A DNA stretch of 59,880 nt, the filler included, from Candidatus Woesearchaeota archaeon (lineage in GTDB: Archaea > Nanobdellota > Nanobdellia > Woesearchaeales > JACPBO01), in the NCBI GenBank assembly GCA_016180285.1. It is 3 parts of 3 records of this genome, joined end to end, with 100 filler letters (N's around TTAATTAATTAA, not from the genome) between each part and the next. Parts side by side here need not be neighbours in the genome. Positions count along the whole stretch, not along the records: positions 16,980 to 47,141 come from JACPBO010000044.1; 2 more parts are not named here. One strand, given 5' to 3'. The number at the start of each line of letters is the position of its first letter. Position 1 is the stretch's first letter. Of the stretch, positions 26,784 to 36,993 are shown piece after piece. The notes beneath the pieces are model-generated. The model was not told the origin of the DNA, ran no database searches, and saw nothing but the letters and a program-made list of their open reading frames with translations. The position numbers were made by a program, and so were the translations under genes.

Positions 26784-29281
26784 TTGACTAGCTTCTTGAT
26801 TACATCATCTTCTGACAGGTTCTGGCGCTCTGCATCAAAACTGAGTATTATCCTGTGCCTTAAGACCGGGTACATCATTGCAGCAACGTCATCCTTGCTG
26901 ACATATTTCCTTCCCTCTACAAGAGCGCGGGCTTTGGCAGCAAGAACCAGGCCGATGGATGCGCGGGGAGATGCGCCGTACTCTATAAGATCTTTTTTCT
27001 TCCTGCTTTCGGCCACAATATCCACTATGTGTTTTTTAATATCATTTGCAATAGGCACCTGCCTCGTTATATTTTGAAGCTCCAAAAGCATTTTTTTCGA
27101 GATAACCGGCTTAAGCTCCCTATCTCGCATTACTTCCGTATATTTGTTGATTATTTCAAGCTCTTCGTCATAAGTCGGATAATTCACTTTTATTTTAAGT
27201 AGGAAACGGTCGCTCTGCGCTTCTGGCAAAGGGTATGTATTGTGGTTTATTCCGCAGCCGCCAAAGCCGGCAACATAGTTTTGCAATGCAGGCACTGTCA
27301 GCCCAAAAGCCATACCCTCAGAAGCCGAGTATTCTATTGATTTTACTTTATCATAATATACGTCTTCGCTCAATAATGTTTCACAGTAATTTAACAAAGT
27401 TTCTGCTTCTTTTAAAACAGCAGAATGTTGTTCTATTAAAAATTCCTTGATCTGCACAGTCTTTGCTGAAATGCCATCGCTGTATAAGTTCCACACATGG
27501 TCTTTTGATATGCTCAAATTTTCTGAAATTTCAGTTATAGGCGTACCAATTCCTGCTGCAAATCTGCGCGGGTTGCTCTCCAAGAGACAGGAAAAGTCAG
27601 CAGATTTTCTAATATTGATTTCGTTTTTAATATCAGTTACAAATCCTTTTAAAGAATCAACCGACATGACGATTTCGCCTTCTTTAATTCCTTTATAACT
27701 GCCGTACCACTGCCTTGATGTGATGCTTTTACGGCCTTTTAATGTATGGAAACTATTCAGCCCAAGCAATTCCACTAGCCTTAAGATGGATTTTCTGTCA
27801 ACAGGCACAACCCTGAAACTGGATTTAGCGGTCCTGTCTAAAGCCATATTCTTAATTTTGTCATCAGAAACCCAGCCTATATTTTTGATAAAGTTTATGA
27901 AGTCTCTGCCTTGAATCTTTAATCTGAAGACCCGCCCATCATGTCTTATCCATGACATCATCCCTTCACGCAAGAGCATGTAGGATATTATGCTGACATT
28001 CTTTGCACTTTTTTGTGTAAAAACAATTCTGTTATCCCTAAGCGAAGATTCCAGCGAAATGAATGTTTTTAAAAATTCGCGGTTCATCTCAGCTGGAAGG
28101 CTTAAGAACCACGAAGGAATTTCTTTGTCTTTGCCGCCACTTATTCCAAAACGGATTTTCAAATATTCGACAAGCGGCTTTGAATAAATTCTTGCATATC
28201 TGCAGCCTCTGTTTGTCGAAACAGAAGGGTTGAATCCGTATTTTTTGGATACTGCAATAAACTTATCGAGAGCTTCTGGATAATTCTTTTGCACTGCTTC
28301 AACACATTTTTCTCCAATTGAGCCGTCTGACAACAGGAAAGCTGACCAGAATGCGAAATCTTCGTCAAAAATAATTTCTTTTAGTATTGGCTTTTGCGTC
28401 ATTAAGGAAATTGCCTCATCATGCGATATTGTCTTTTGAGGCTCAATTGCAGGCAATTTAGCAGGATTTACTAAATAATCCTGTTTTGTCAAGTCCTCTG
28501 CTTTTTTCCAGGCGATAATGCCGTTTTCATTTACCAAGAATGGGTGATTTTTTGTAACGCTTAGCTTCTTGCCAGTTTTTGTTGTTATGGCTATCATCTC
28601 GTCATTGTACGGCAGTGTATAAAGCAAACACTTTTGTTTTTCTAATTTTCCAGAAAGGTTAAGGCTGAATGTCCATGAATCAATATCATAAAGCCGTATT
28701 CCCCTTTCATCCTCAGCAATGCAGCTGTCCTGAGCTAAATTTAGTAATTCCTTGCCTGTTTTTAATTGCCCATTAATAAATACTGTTTCGTTTAGTGACA
28801 AGCTTCCCTCTTGCTCAATTGGGTTCTGAGTTGCAATGACAAAGAAAGGAAGATCGAGCTTAAATGTCTCATTTCCGACTGTCACTTGCTTTTCCTGCAT
28901 TGCTTCAAGCAGAGCAGACTGTGTTTTTGGCGTTGCCCTGTTGATCTCGTCTGCAAGAACAACATTCGCAAATACAGGGCCGTACTGGAACTTAAACGCA
29001 TTTTTGCCAGAGCTTGTTGTTTCTATCATATATGTGCCTGTTATATCAGACGGCATCAGATCAGGAGTTCCCTGTATCCTTGCAAACCTTAAGTCCATAA
29101 GATTAGCCAATGTCTTGACAGCCAATGTTTTTGCCAGTCCCGGATAGCCCTCTATCAGGGCATGTGAATCTGCCAGCAAAGCAACAAGCATCTGCTTAAG
29201 AGCTTCATCCTGGCCGACAATCACTTTTTTCGCTTCCTTGAACAGAAGATCAAACACCTTTTTTGCATCGTCTATTATCAT
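26780..29281 (-). CDS. moxR: MoxR-family AAA+ ATPase containing an intein
   Basis: [57 protein letters not shown]|intein|[19 protein letters not shown]. Confidence 0.95.
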   Translation of the reverse strand: MIIDDAKKVFDLLFKEAKKVIVGQDEALKQMLVALLADSHALIEGYPGLAKTLAVKTLANLMDLRFARIQGTPDLMPSDITGTYMIETTSSGKNAFKFQYGPVFANVVLADEINRATPKTQSALLEAMQEKQVTVGNETFKLDLPFFVIATQNPIEQEGSLSLNETVFINGQLKTGKELLNLAQDSCIAEDERGIRLYDIDSWTFSLNLSGKLEKQKCLLYTLPYNDEMIAITTKTGKKLSVTKNHPFLVNENGIIAWKKAEDLTKQDYLVNPAKLPAIEPQKTISHDEAISLMTQKPILKEIIFDEDFAFWSAFLLSDGSIGEKCVEAVQKNYPEALDKFIAVSKKYGFNPSVSTNRGCRYARIYSKPLVEYLKIRFGISGGKDKEIPSWFLSLPAEMNREFLKTFISLESSLRDNRIVFTQKSAKNVSIISYMLLREGMMSWIRHDGRVFRLKIQGRDFINFIKNIGWVSDDKIKNMALDRTAKSSFRVVPVDRKSILRLVELLGLNSFHTLKGRKSITSRQWYGSYKGIKEGEIVMSVDSLKGFVTDIKNEINIRKSADFSCLLESNPRRFAAGIGTPITEISENLSISKDHVWNLYSDGISAKTVQIKEFLIEQHSAVLKEAETLLNYCETLLSEDVYYDKVKSIEYSASEGMAFGLTVPALQNYVAGFGGCGINHNTYPLPEAQSDRFLLKIKVNYPTYDEELEIINKYTEVMRDRELKPVISKKMLLELQNITRQVPIANDIKKHIVDIVAESRKKKDLIEYGASPRASIGLVLAAKARALVEGRKYVSKDDVAAMMYPVLRHRIILSFDAERQNLSEDDVIKKLVK
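27239..28804 (-). mobile_element. Intein (522 aa) with LAGLIDADG homing endonuclease domain
   Basis: Starts [12 protein letters not shown], block [17 protein letters not shown] and [11 protein letters not shown] motifs, ends GINHN followed by Thr; removal restores [12 protein letters not shown]. Confidence 0.93.
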
Positions 29282-29341
29282 CTTATCACCTTTTTTATTG
29301 CTGTTTGTTATCTTTCTTTTTAAATTTATTGAAAATGATGA

Positions 29342-30074
29342 TTACTTCTGCGTCAAACTATTGAAATAATTCTTCACAATCTTCTGGTAGCTCAATGGAA
29401 TGTCCTCCTTGAACGTCGTGTCTGAGGAAGCATAGACATCGTAAGGATATGATTCGCCAAACTTCTTTTTTTCAGCTTCCTTTAATTCGTTTATATTGAT
29501 GTCTGATGACAAAGGGTTAAGCTGAAGCTTTATTTCTTCCTGCCCAAGCTCTGCAACTGATTTGTTGCCGTAAATGGAAGAATCATTCTGCTCAAAATCA
29601 ACCTTTTCATGCCTTGCGTAATATCTCGGAAGGGCTTTTCCGATATCCTGCACAGCCGCGTTGAAGTCAAGAAAATGCACATTAAGCGCAGATGCAAATA
29701 TTATCAAAAAAGACAGGACAAACAGCGCAAGAAGCCTTTTTCACTTCTTTCATCTTTTTCAAAACTTCCTTATTTAATTCATCAACCACCTCATTGCTCT
29801 TATCCAGGTTATCTGCAACCGTTATCAGCTGCTCTTTTAAATTCGGCACTTTCTCTTCGACATAATTGTACCTGGCCATCTGGATTCTTTTTCTCATGTC
29901 ATACGCGAAGAATGCAATAAACGGAATTAATGCAAAATACCATTTTACCCTTATTAATGAAAACAGAAAAACACAGCCAAGCAGGACTATAAGGGAATAA
30001 AGCAGGCTGTCAAATACGTTGATTGTTACTAAAACCTCTTTCACCTCCTTTAGTGCCTGTTCTATGCCGCGCAT
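29342..30074 (-). pseudogene. Membrane protein of the MoxR/vWA operon, split by a frameshift near 29740
   Basis: Frame A ...EVLKKMKEVK continues in frame B as RLLALFVLSFLIIFASAL...; EQLITVADN motif. Confidence 0.7.
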
Positions 30075-30085
30075 TTTAACCTTAA

Positions 30086-30595
30086 TCAGCATGTAGTTGA
30101 ATTAGTGTATCCTGCAAGTATAGTTCTGCATGAGCTTAGCTTTGACTTATAGCTGTTGATGTCGCCGGTCAATGTTGTTATCTGAGCATTTAAGCTCGTT
30201 ATTTCGATTTTTTTGTTTGCAATATCCGTTGTTGCTGCAAACAGCTGGTTTGCTGTATCCTTCAGGTCAGCATCTAATTTTGCCTTTTCCAGAAGCAATT
30301 TAGCCTTTTCAGCTTCAAGGGTTTCCTTCTCTCCTTTTACTTCAGTATACTTTTCTGTGAACTGCACTTCCCTTTCTGACTTTAATGAGAGCTCTTCCCT
30401 TATTTTTGTCAGCGCTGCCTGCTCCTGCTCCAGCTGCTTTGAAACATTATTCAGCTGGGCAAGTTTTTTATTGTAATCGTTGTTTATTTTCTCAAAATTA
30501 TTTTGAAAGTAGATTGATGCTGCTGCAAGCGCTACTGCGCTGACTATTATGAGCGCCAGAAGCAAAAGGTTTGCGTTTTTGGTTATATAGGACAT
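30086..30595 (-). CDS. Membrane-anchored coiled-coil protein
   Basis: N-terminal TM then heptads. Confidence 0.8.
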   Translation of the reverse strand: MSYITKNANLLLLALIIVSAVALAAASIYFQNNFEKINNDYNKKLAQLNNVSKQLEQEQAALTKIREELSLKSEREVQFTEKYTEVKGEKETLEAEKAKLLLEKAKLDADLKDTANQLFAATTDIANKKIEITSLNAQITTLTGDINSYKSKLSSCRTILAGYTNSTTC

Positions 30596-30621
30596 TTTAT
30601 ATCAGTTAATTTTCTCTGTTT

Positions 30622-32991
30622 TTATTCTTTTCTATACCCTCTCCTTATAAATATCTCAATCAGCAGAATAACAATTGCTGCGATTATAAACGGCCATCTG
30701 ATGCTTTCTTTTGATGTTATCTGCCTCATTGATTTTGTTTTTGTGTAATCTATGATCTCCTCCAGCTGGTTCGAATTAAAAAATTTTCCCCCTGTGCTTT
30801 CAACAAGGCTCCTTAATTTTTCATTAACGCCAATGTACTCAAGCTCCTTTGGATAGTTTGCAGCGAATACAGCCCCATATGCATTTGTAAAGCCGGTTTT
30901 TTCAGGAGTCAAGGTTGCTGAATATGTGTTCTCGCCGATCTTTACAAGATTTTCATAAGCAGGAAGTGTTTCTGATTTTATTGTTGCTTCAGTTGGCTCG
31001 TTAACCCTTGTATCCGGAATGTCAACAGACTGCTTGCTTCGCCTTTCTGGATCGCCTATTGCCCAGTTCATCGACCTTACAATTAATTTTGAATTGTCTT
31101 CAGCAAGAAGCTCTGCTGCCCATCTTGTTCCGTCATCTGTTGCAATTGTTATAACCTTTCCCAGGCCAAGGCGCCAGGCATTCACTATTGGGTTTCCGTT
31201 GTCTGTTGTTACGAGCATCTTTGCTGTTGATTTCGGAACAACTGCATTATAGCCTGTAATTGTTGCTTTCAAATCCAGGTCGCTCGTTATGAAATGATCC
31301 CTGTCAAGCACAACAAGGCTGAATTCATTAGACTGCCTGTTCTTGTCAACATCCCCGAAAAGTATTTTCAGCCTTGATGAGTCTGTTGCCCTGAAATAAA
31401 TGCCATTTGATAGCGAAGCAAGCTGTTTCATTAAAATTTCGTTTGTTGAAGGCCCTACACCCACTGTATATATTTTTATTCCGTTGTTTGCTGCAAGCTT
31501 TGCAGATGCTATTGCATCATCATCCTGCTGGGACTGGCCATCGCTTATAAGTATTATATTCTTGCTTCCCTTTAGTGTCCTTAAAATATCTATTGACTTC
31601 ATTATGCCCAGGCCGATTAATGTGCCTCCCTGGTCCTGCAGGCTTGCAATCTTATCATCCAAATCAACTTTTTCCATTACATAGCTTGGCTCTGAAACCA
31701 GATAAGCTTTGTTGTTGAATGCAATAACAGCCAGCTTGTCATCAAATTTAAGGTCCTGAAGAACCCCGATTGCAAGCGCCTTTTCAACATCAACTGTTTT
31801 TCCCTTTACTCCAAACATTGCGCCTGTGCTGCCTGATATGTCGATCAAAATAACAACATTGACATCGCCCTCTTTTTTTCCGGGAGTTGCGACAAAAGAA
31901 GGCAGCAAAAGCTCAAAAACAGAATCCTTGTAGTTGCCCCTTTCAAATGCGCTCGGTCCGCCAACAACAACCATGCCATTGCCGTCTGATATGAAGCTTG
32001 TAAACTTATCAACTTCATCATTGAGCTTGCCTGCCTTTACGTTATTTATTACAACTGAATAATACTGCTCAAGAGCGCTTGGAACAGAGCTTTTAATATC
32101 AACATCATACAGCTTATTCAGCAATATCGCCAAAGGCGAGCTTTCTTCTGAAACAAACAATATTTTTGGCCTTTGGACAACCTTGACTGTTTTATAATAT
32201 ATATTGTTTTCGCTGAAATAGTCATTTATATCGAGTTTTGCTGTTATTTTGTGATAGCCGATGCTGAATGAATGTTTTATCTGAATCTGCTTTTTGCTCG
32301 TTACATCATTATAAACAGCATTGCCGTCAATATCAACTGCAACATGATAAGAGCCTATATTTCCTGCTGCTGCTATATCTATGACAAATGTTTCCTCTGT
32401 GCCTTCTGTTGTTTTTGACGGGCCTGCTATTACGATGCGGGCATCATCATGCTCTGGCTGCAGGTTAACTGCATTTATTGTTGCATTCATTTTTGCTGCA
32501 TAAAAGGCAACATCTCCCAAGTCAGCGCCTATGTTGTTGTTGCCGTCAGAAAAGAGAAGTATGCTGCCGTATTGGCCAATATCCGAGAGAATGGAATCTC
32601 CGATATCTGAGCTGTATTCTGAGCCGAATACCTTGAATTCAGAATGTGTTTTTTTCTCAAGCTGGGATGCCAGCAAAGATGCCTCGTTTTTGAACAATTT
32701 CATTGATGTGGAATTATCAGCAATCAGCTTTACAACAGCATCTCCTCCAAGGGTTTTTTGCATTTCAATGAAAGGAGAGGCAATAGCGATAAATACGCAT
32801 ATGAATATCAAAGTTCTCGTAACATGCATCCATTTTCTCGTCTTTATTTTTCTGTCTATGAATTCCTTGTCTTCCCTTATTTTCACAAATTCTGTCCTCA
32901 GAGTAAGGAAAATCAATACAAGAAAAACTGCAAGTATTAAGATAACATAAGGATATTCCACGTGCTTAAACGCGTATGATATGAAGTTCAT
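30622..32991 (-). CDS. vWA-domain membrane protein with GATase-like domain
   Basis: DNSTSM and IDISGST MIDAS-like motifs, ILISDG, GMVVVGG, WRLGLGKV; N- and C-terminal TMs. Confidence 0.88.
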   Translation of the reverse strand: MNFISYAFKHVEYPYVILILAVFLVLIFLTLRTEFVKIREDKEFIDRKIKTRKWMHVTRTLIFICVFIAIASPFIEMQKTLGGDAVVKLIADNSTSMKLFKNEASLLASQLEKKTHSEFKVFGSEYSSDIGDSILSDIGQYGSILLFSDGNNNIGADLGDVAFYAAKMNATINAVNLQPEHDDARIVIAGPSKTTEGTEETFVIDIAAAGNIGSYHVAVDIDGNAVYNDVTSKKQIQIKHSFSIGYHKITAKLDINDYFSENNIYYKTVKVVQRPKILFVSEESSPLAILLNKLYDVDIKSSVPSALEQYYSVVINNVKAGKLNDEVDKFTSFISDGNGMVVVGGPSAFERGNYKDSVFELLLPSFVATPGKKEGDVNVVILIDISGSTGAMFGVKGKTVDVEKALAIGVLQDLKFDDKLAVIAFNNKAYLVSEPSYVMEKVDLDDKIASLQDQGGTLIGLGIMKSIDILRTLKGSKNIILISDGQSQQDDDAIASAKLAANNGIKIYTVGVGPSTNEILMKQLASLSNGIYFRATDSSRLKILFGDVDKNRQSNEFSLVVLDRDHFITSDLDLKATITGYNAVVPKSTAKMLVTTDNGNPIVNAWRLGLGKVITIATDDGTRWAAELLAEDNSKLIVRSMNWAIGDPERRSKQSVDIPDTRVNEPTEATIKSETLPAYENLVKIGENTYSATLTPEKTGFTNAYGAVFAANYPKELEYIGVNEKLRSLVESTGGKFFNSNQLEEIIDYTKTKSMRQITSKESIRWPFIIAAIVILLIEIFIRRGYRKE

Positions 32992-34793
32992 TATATCTCG
33001 CCTCTTATTTTTATATAAAGCAATTCTAGCATCAAGATAAGCGCGGATGCAATAAGCAGGGGAATTTCGAGCTGGAATTTTCTCTGCTCCTTTACAGGCT
33101 TTAAAACAAATTCCTCGCCTTTCTGGCCGTATGATTCAGACGGCGCAATGTTTGATTCGCGCTCATTCAGAAGATTGACTGCAATAGTTTTGCCTCCGAC
33201 TTTGTACAATCCCTGCTCTTCTAAAATCAATGTTGCCTGCTTTATCTTCTTTGACGGAGTTTCTATTGTTTCTACCTTATCAAGGATCAGCATATTACCT
33301 GTCCTGTAATTAAGGCTTTTTATGTCCATCCTGTCAATAAGCGAGTTAAGCAGCTCTGTCCAAAAGATAGGATAATCAGGAGAGAACTTGAAATCTGATG
33401 CCTTTTCAAGGATTCCGTAATAAAATACATTGCCGCTTCCCCTCTTTTCCGTTGATAACATCGAGCTGTTTGATGCTGATGCAATGACTGTTCCTTTGTG
33501 GGCTCTTGTTGAAAAATAAGAATTAACCCTGCCGAAATTTATGTTTTTTGTAAATTTAGTTGTTTGTTCTGTGTTTATGAAGGCGCTTTCTGCAGTTCCT
33601 GTAATTGCAAGAGGCAATGCCCCCCTATAGTCTATACTTGCGGATTCCTCCTGCGCATGGATAATCAAGCTTGCTCCATCATTTACCCTTTTCAGTAGAT
33701 CCTCGAATGTGCCCGGCAATATCTGCGCTTTGTCAATGTTATGAATTATATAAATGTCATAGCTGTCTTTCGCAATTATCGGCGGCTCTGATATTGAAAC
33801 ATCAACAGCTCCGGATGCCTTCAATGCATTTGCAAGGAATGCGGACTGGTTGTTTGTTATTAATAACACTCTTATTTTTTTATTGGATGGAACGCTCATA
33901 TACGCTATGTTGTCAACTGCAAAATCATCCTTTGTTTTTATTTCCAGCTTTGTAATGCCTGGCGGAGTTTCAAATGAATATGCTTCTGTTGATTTTGGGT
34001 TGATTGTCAGCTCTGTTTCCTTGCTGCCAACAGCGAGCTTTATTGTTTTTATCTCTTCATTAAAATTCTTTATGTATGCTGTTGTCGAACCCTCCTTTAT
34101 ATTGATGTCTGTAAATCCAACATTGCCTGAGCTTTTGCTCCTGACATTGATGAAATCAACTGAAAGGCCTTTTGAAAGCAGAACTTTTTTCGCAACATTA
34201 GGATCCTGGCCGCCTGTATTGATGAAGTCGCTTATTGCAATAACGCGGCCTTTTTTACCGGACATTAATTCACCTGCAAGTATTATGGCATCACCTATTT
34301 TTGAGGCTGTGCCCAATGGCTTCAGTGTTTTTAAATAATCCGATGTTTCGCCTGATGATGCATCCTGCAATGCAACTAATGGTGCGTCTTTTGCGAGAAC
34401 AACGGTATTTCTTCTTCCGATAAGGCTTTGGGCCTTTTCTATTATTTTGTCAAAAATGAGTTTTGAGTCCTCAACTGACTTTGAGCTTGCTGAAACATCT
34501 ATCACAAAAACAGTGTTTTCTGAAGAAACATCATGGCTGTACATCTTATAGGGCTGCGCAATTGAGAATGCCAGAGAAGCTAAGACAATCAGCTGCATCA
34601 GAAAAATAAGGTCCCTTATGAATGTCTTGAAGAATGATGTTATCCTGCTCATTTTTGACTGGCGCATGAAGAACATCAATGAAGGAATATTCATCTCCTT
34701 TGGCTTTGGCCGTATGAGATAAAGAACGATGAATGGGGCAAGGAACAGCAATGCCCACAATCCAAGCATATAGCCGATTTGAATTAGTGCCAT
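32991..34793 (-). CDS. BatA-domain/vWA membrane protein
   Basis: PFIVLYLIRPKP..IPSLMFF BatA N-terminus, VIDVSAS, ISDF. Confidence 0.88.
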   Translation of the reverse strand: MALIQIGYMLGLWALLFLAPFIVLYLIRPKPKEMNIPSLMFFMRQSKMSRITSFFKTFIRDLIFLMQLIVLASLAFSIAQPYKMYSHDVSSENTVFVIDVSASSKSVEDSKLIFDKIIEKAQSLIGRRNTVVLAKDAPLVALQDASSGETSDYLKTLKPLGTASKIGDAIILAGELMSGKKGRVIAISDFINTGGQDPNVAKKVLLSKGLSVDFINVRSKSSGNVGFTDINIKEGSTTAYIKNFNEEIKTIKLAVGSKETELTINPKSTEAYSFETPPGITKLEIKTKDDFAVDNIAYMSVPSNKKIRVLLITNNQSAFLANALKASGAVDVSISEPPIIAKDSYDIYIIHNIDKAQILPGTFEDLLKRVNDGASLIIHAQEESASIDYRGALPLAITGTAESAFINTEQTTKFTKNINFGRVNSYFSTRAHKGTVIASASNSSMLSTEKRGSGNVFYYGILEKASDFKFSPDYPIFWTELLNSLIDRMDIKSLNYRTGNMLILDKVETIETPSKKIKQATLILEEQGLYKVGGKTIAVNLLNERESNIAPSESYGQKGEEFVLKPVKEQRKFQLEIPLLIASALILMLELLYIKIRGEI

Positions 34794-34897
34794 GATTTCA
34801 ACCTATTCTAATTTGTTTATAAAACTTGTTGTATTTTATTTGCATCTTTTCATCAAATTCTTTATATTGAAGACTTGCATTTTCCAGTTTTTCTTTT

Positions 34898-35176
34898 TTA
34901 TTTCTTATATGCTTCATCATGATGCTCCAGTTTCCAGAAATAGATCATGCTCTTTTCCTTATAGACCTTGAACAGCAAAACAAAACTTTTATCAATATGA
35001 ACCCTTTTGTATTCCTTTAAGTCATATCTGCAATTTTTATACCTGTCTATTGAATTCAGGTCATTGTTTATTGCCTCTTTGACCTTCTTATTCAATGCTT
35101 CAGCCCTTATCTTGTCCCTTTTTGACAGCTTTCTTATTAATACCTTTAACTCATCTGAAATGTCAAATTCAAACAT
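34898..35176 (-). CDS. RelE/ParE/YafQ-superfamily toxin
   Basis: YKNCRYDLKEYKRVHIDKSFVLLF...LEHHDEAY. Confidence 0.85.
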   Translation of the reverse strand: MFEFDISDELKVLIRKLSKRDKIRAEALNKKVKEAINNDLNSIDRYKNCRYDLKEYKRVHIDKSFVLLFKVYKEKSMIYFWKLEHHDEAYKK

Positions 35177-35182
35177 AACAAT

Positions 35183-35446
35183 CTAGTCCTCAATGCCGCA
35201 TAATTTGTCCAATTCCCTTATGGACATTTTTCTTTTGAACTTATGCCTTTTCTCCCATTCTTCGCAGCTTTTGATCATCTCTGCTACAACTTCTTCATTA
35301 ACCTCTTTCTCTATGAATTCTTCCCCAAACATATCTGCAAATTTGTCAAGGGCTGCTGCCTTGTCTTTTAAGCCAAAAGTTTCCTTGATAACGCCCAAAA
35401 CCCTGTTTGTGTACTCACTTACCTTTACGTTCATTGATGTACTCAT
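35183..35446 (-). CDS. Cognate antitoxin (DUF2683-like)
   Basis: VSEYTNRVLGVIKETFGLKDKAAAL; directly upstream of the toxin. Confidence 0.75.
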   Translation of the reverse strand: MSTSMNVKVSEYTNRVLGVIKETFGLKDKAAALDKFADMFGEEFIEKEVNEEVVAEMIKSCEEWEKRHKFKRKMSIRELDKLCGIED

Positions 35447-35573
35447 ATTACCTCGCCTTAGTTTAAATTAGTTTAAATAAGATTAACTAATTTATAAATT
35501 TTTCGTTTTAAACTGCCTTTTCTTTGGTGTAGTGGAGATTAAATATATAAATCAGCCGATATTTTCATTGAAT

Positions 35574-36035
35574 ATGCGCAAATTAAGAATACTTAATTCA
35601 AAAGAAACTAAGAAGGCATTAGAGTCAATTAAAGATCAATATAACTGCGATATTAAGCTGGATTATGGCTTTTTGGAATCTGACGAGAATAAAATATATT
35701 TAATAAACAAGGACATTGCGAAGATTGATCTGAGCAAGCTAAGGCTGAGCAGCGTTGGCCTGTATTTCGGCAGAATCGGTGAAAACGGATTTGAGCCCGG
35801 CATTGAAGGCAGCCAATTGATCGGGCCTTGCGCAAGGAAGAATGCTGTTTTATTGAATGATGAAGCAGTGAAGATGTGGCTGAGGGGAGAGGACATAGAG
35901 AAAGAAACAAATTGTAAAGGGGTTGTTTTATTAAAGAATGAAGAAAATGATTTTCTGGGATGCGGCAGGGTGAAGGATAAAAGAATAATCAATTTGGTGC
36001 CGAAAGAGAGAAGGCTGAAGTCAATAATTGATTAA
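35574..36035 (+). CDS. NIP7/PUA-like RNA-binding protein (RsmF C-terminal-like)
   Basis: SVGLYFG, IEGSQLIG, WLRGEDI, FLGCG, INLVPKERR. Confidence 0.8.
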   Translation: MRKLRILNSKETKKALESIKDQYNCDIKLDYGFLESDENKIYLINKDIAKIDLSKLRLSSVGLYFGRIGENGFEPGIEGSQLIGPCARKNAVLLNDEAVKMWLRGEDIEKETNCKGVVLLKNEENDFLGCGRVKDKRIINLVPKERRLKSIID

Positions 36036-36062
36036 TGTTGTTTTAATTTTTATTCCAATCTT

Positions 36063-36956
36063 TTATCCNNTTAATTTTTCTTTTTTGATGGTGTACCATG
36101 TCTTTTTTTTTTTTTTTATTGTTTGTGAATATTTCATTGTCGGCAACAAGTCTTGATGCATGATCTTGTCAAATTCCCTGTAGTCCAGATTTAAAGAATA
36201 TGCCAGCATGGAAGTGAGACATTCTTGTCTAAGCTCAACAGGAACTTGTTCTACGAAATGCATAGCGTCATAGATTACAGAATTAATCTCATACGCAGGT
36301 TTAGATTCTTTTTCACAATGGTTCTGGATAATATCATAAACGCTTTTTGTTTCTGTTTTTCCAAATAAGTCTAGCAAATTGACAAATCTGGGAAATGCCC
36401 CAAACATTTTTTTGGCAACTTCTTTTTTATATTGACCGGTTTCCAATATCTTAAAAAGAGTATTGACAACAAGATCAGTATTCTTTGTGGTTCTAGGAGA
36501 CTTCAGATAAAGCTTCTTAAGTTTCTCTGTATCAAATCCAACATCAAATAACAAGGAAACATCTTCAAAATCCTTCTCCCTCGGAGAATCGAGCGTTGTT
36601 GTCTTGCTTACAGCAACAAAATTTTGGTCCAAGAAATAAATTTCTTCCCCTCTGATATTTGTTGACAAAACATAATCCATTATTTCTTCCTTTGACATGG
36701 CTAATGAGCTAAAAATATCTTCAACTTTGCAAGAATGCACCGGGTACTTTCCACTATCTAAACAAACAATGTCAAAATCAGAGATGCTCCTTAAGTGCTG
36801 GAACTTTTTCCCGGTTCTTCCTTCATAAAGCATTTGATTCAATCTGACTGCAGTGCCGCCTAAGAAAAAATAGTTGAAATTATTGTCTTCTTTCTGAGGA
36901 TGTTTCTCAATAAAATCGAGCAATGTGTCGATTGTTTCCATGATTTTTGTTAGCAT
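36063..36956 (-). CDS. Putative nucleotidyltransferase (AbiEii-like fold)
   Basis: FLGGTAV...RSISDFD...PREKDFED; NN near 3' end. Confidence 0.6.
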   Translation of the reverse strand: MLTKIMETIDTLLDFIEKHPQKEDNNFNYFFLGGTAVRLNQMLYEGRTGKKFQHLRSISDFDIVCLDSGKYPVHSCKVEDIFSSLAMSKEEIMDYVLSTNIRGEEIYFLDQNFVAVSKTTTLDSPREKDFEDVSLLFDVGFDTEKLKKLYLKSPRTTKNTDLVVNTLFKILETGQYKKEVAKKMFGAFPRFVNLLDLFGKTETKSVYDIIQNHCEKESKPAYEINSVIYDAMHFVEQVPVELRQECLTSMLAYSLNLDYREFDKIMHQDLLPTMKYSQTIKKKKKTWYTIKKEKLXG

Positions 36957-36993
36957 TTTCTACTATTTAAATCTTTCGGTTTTGTAACCACTT

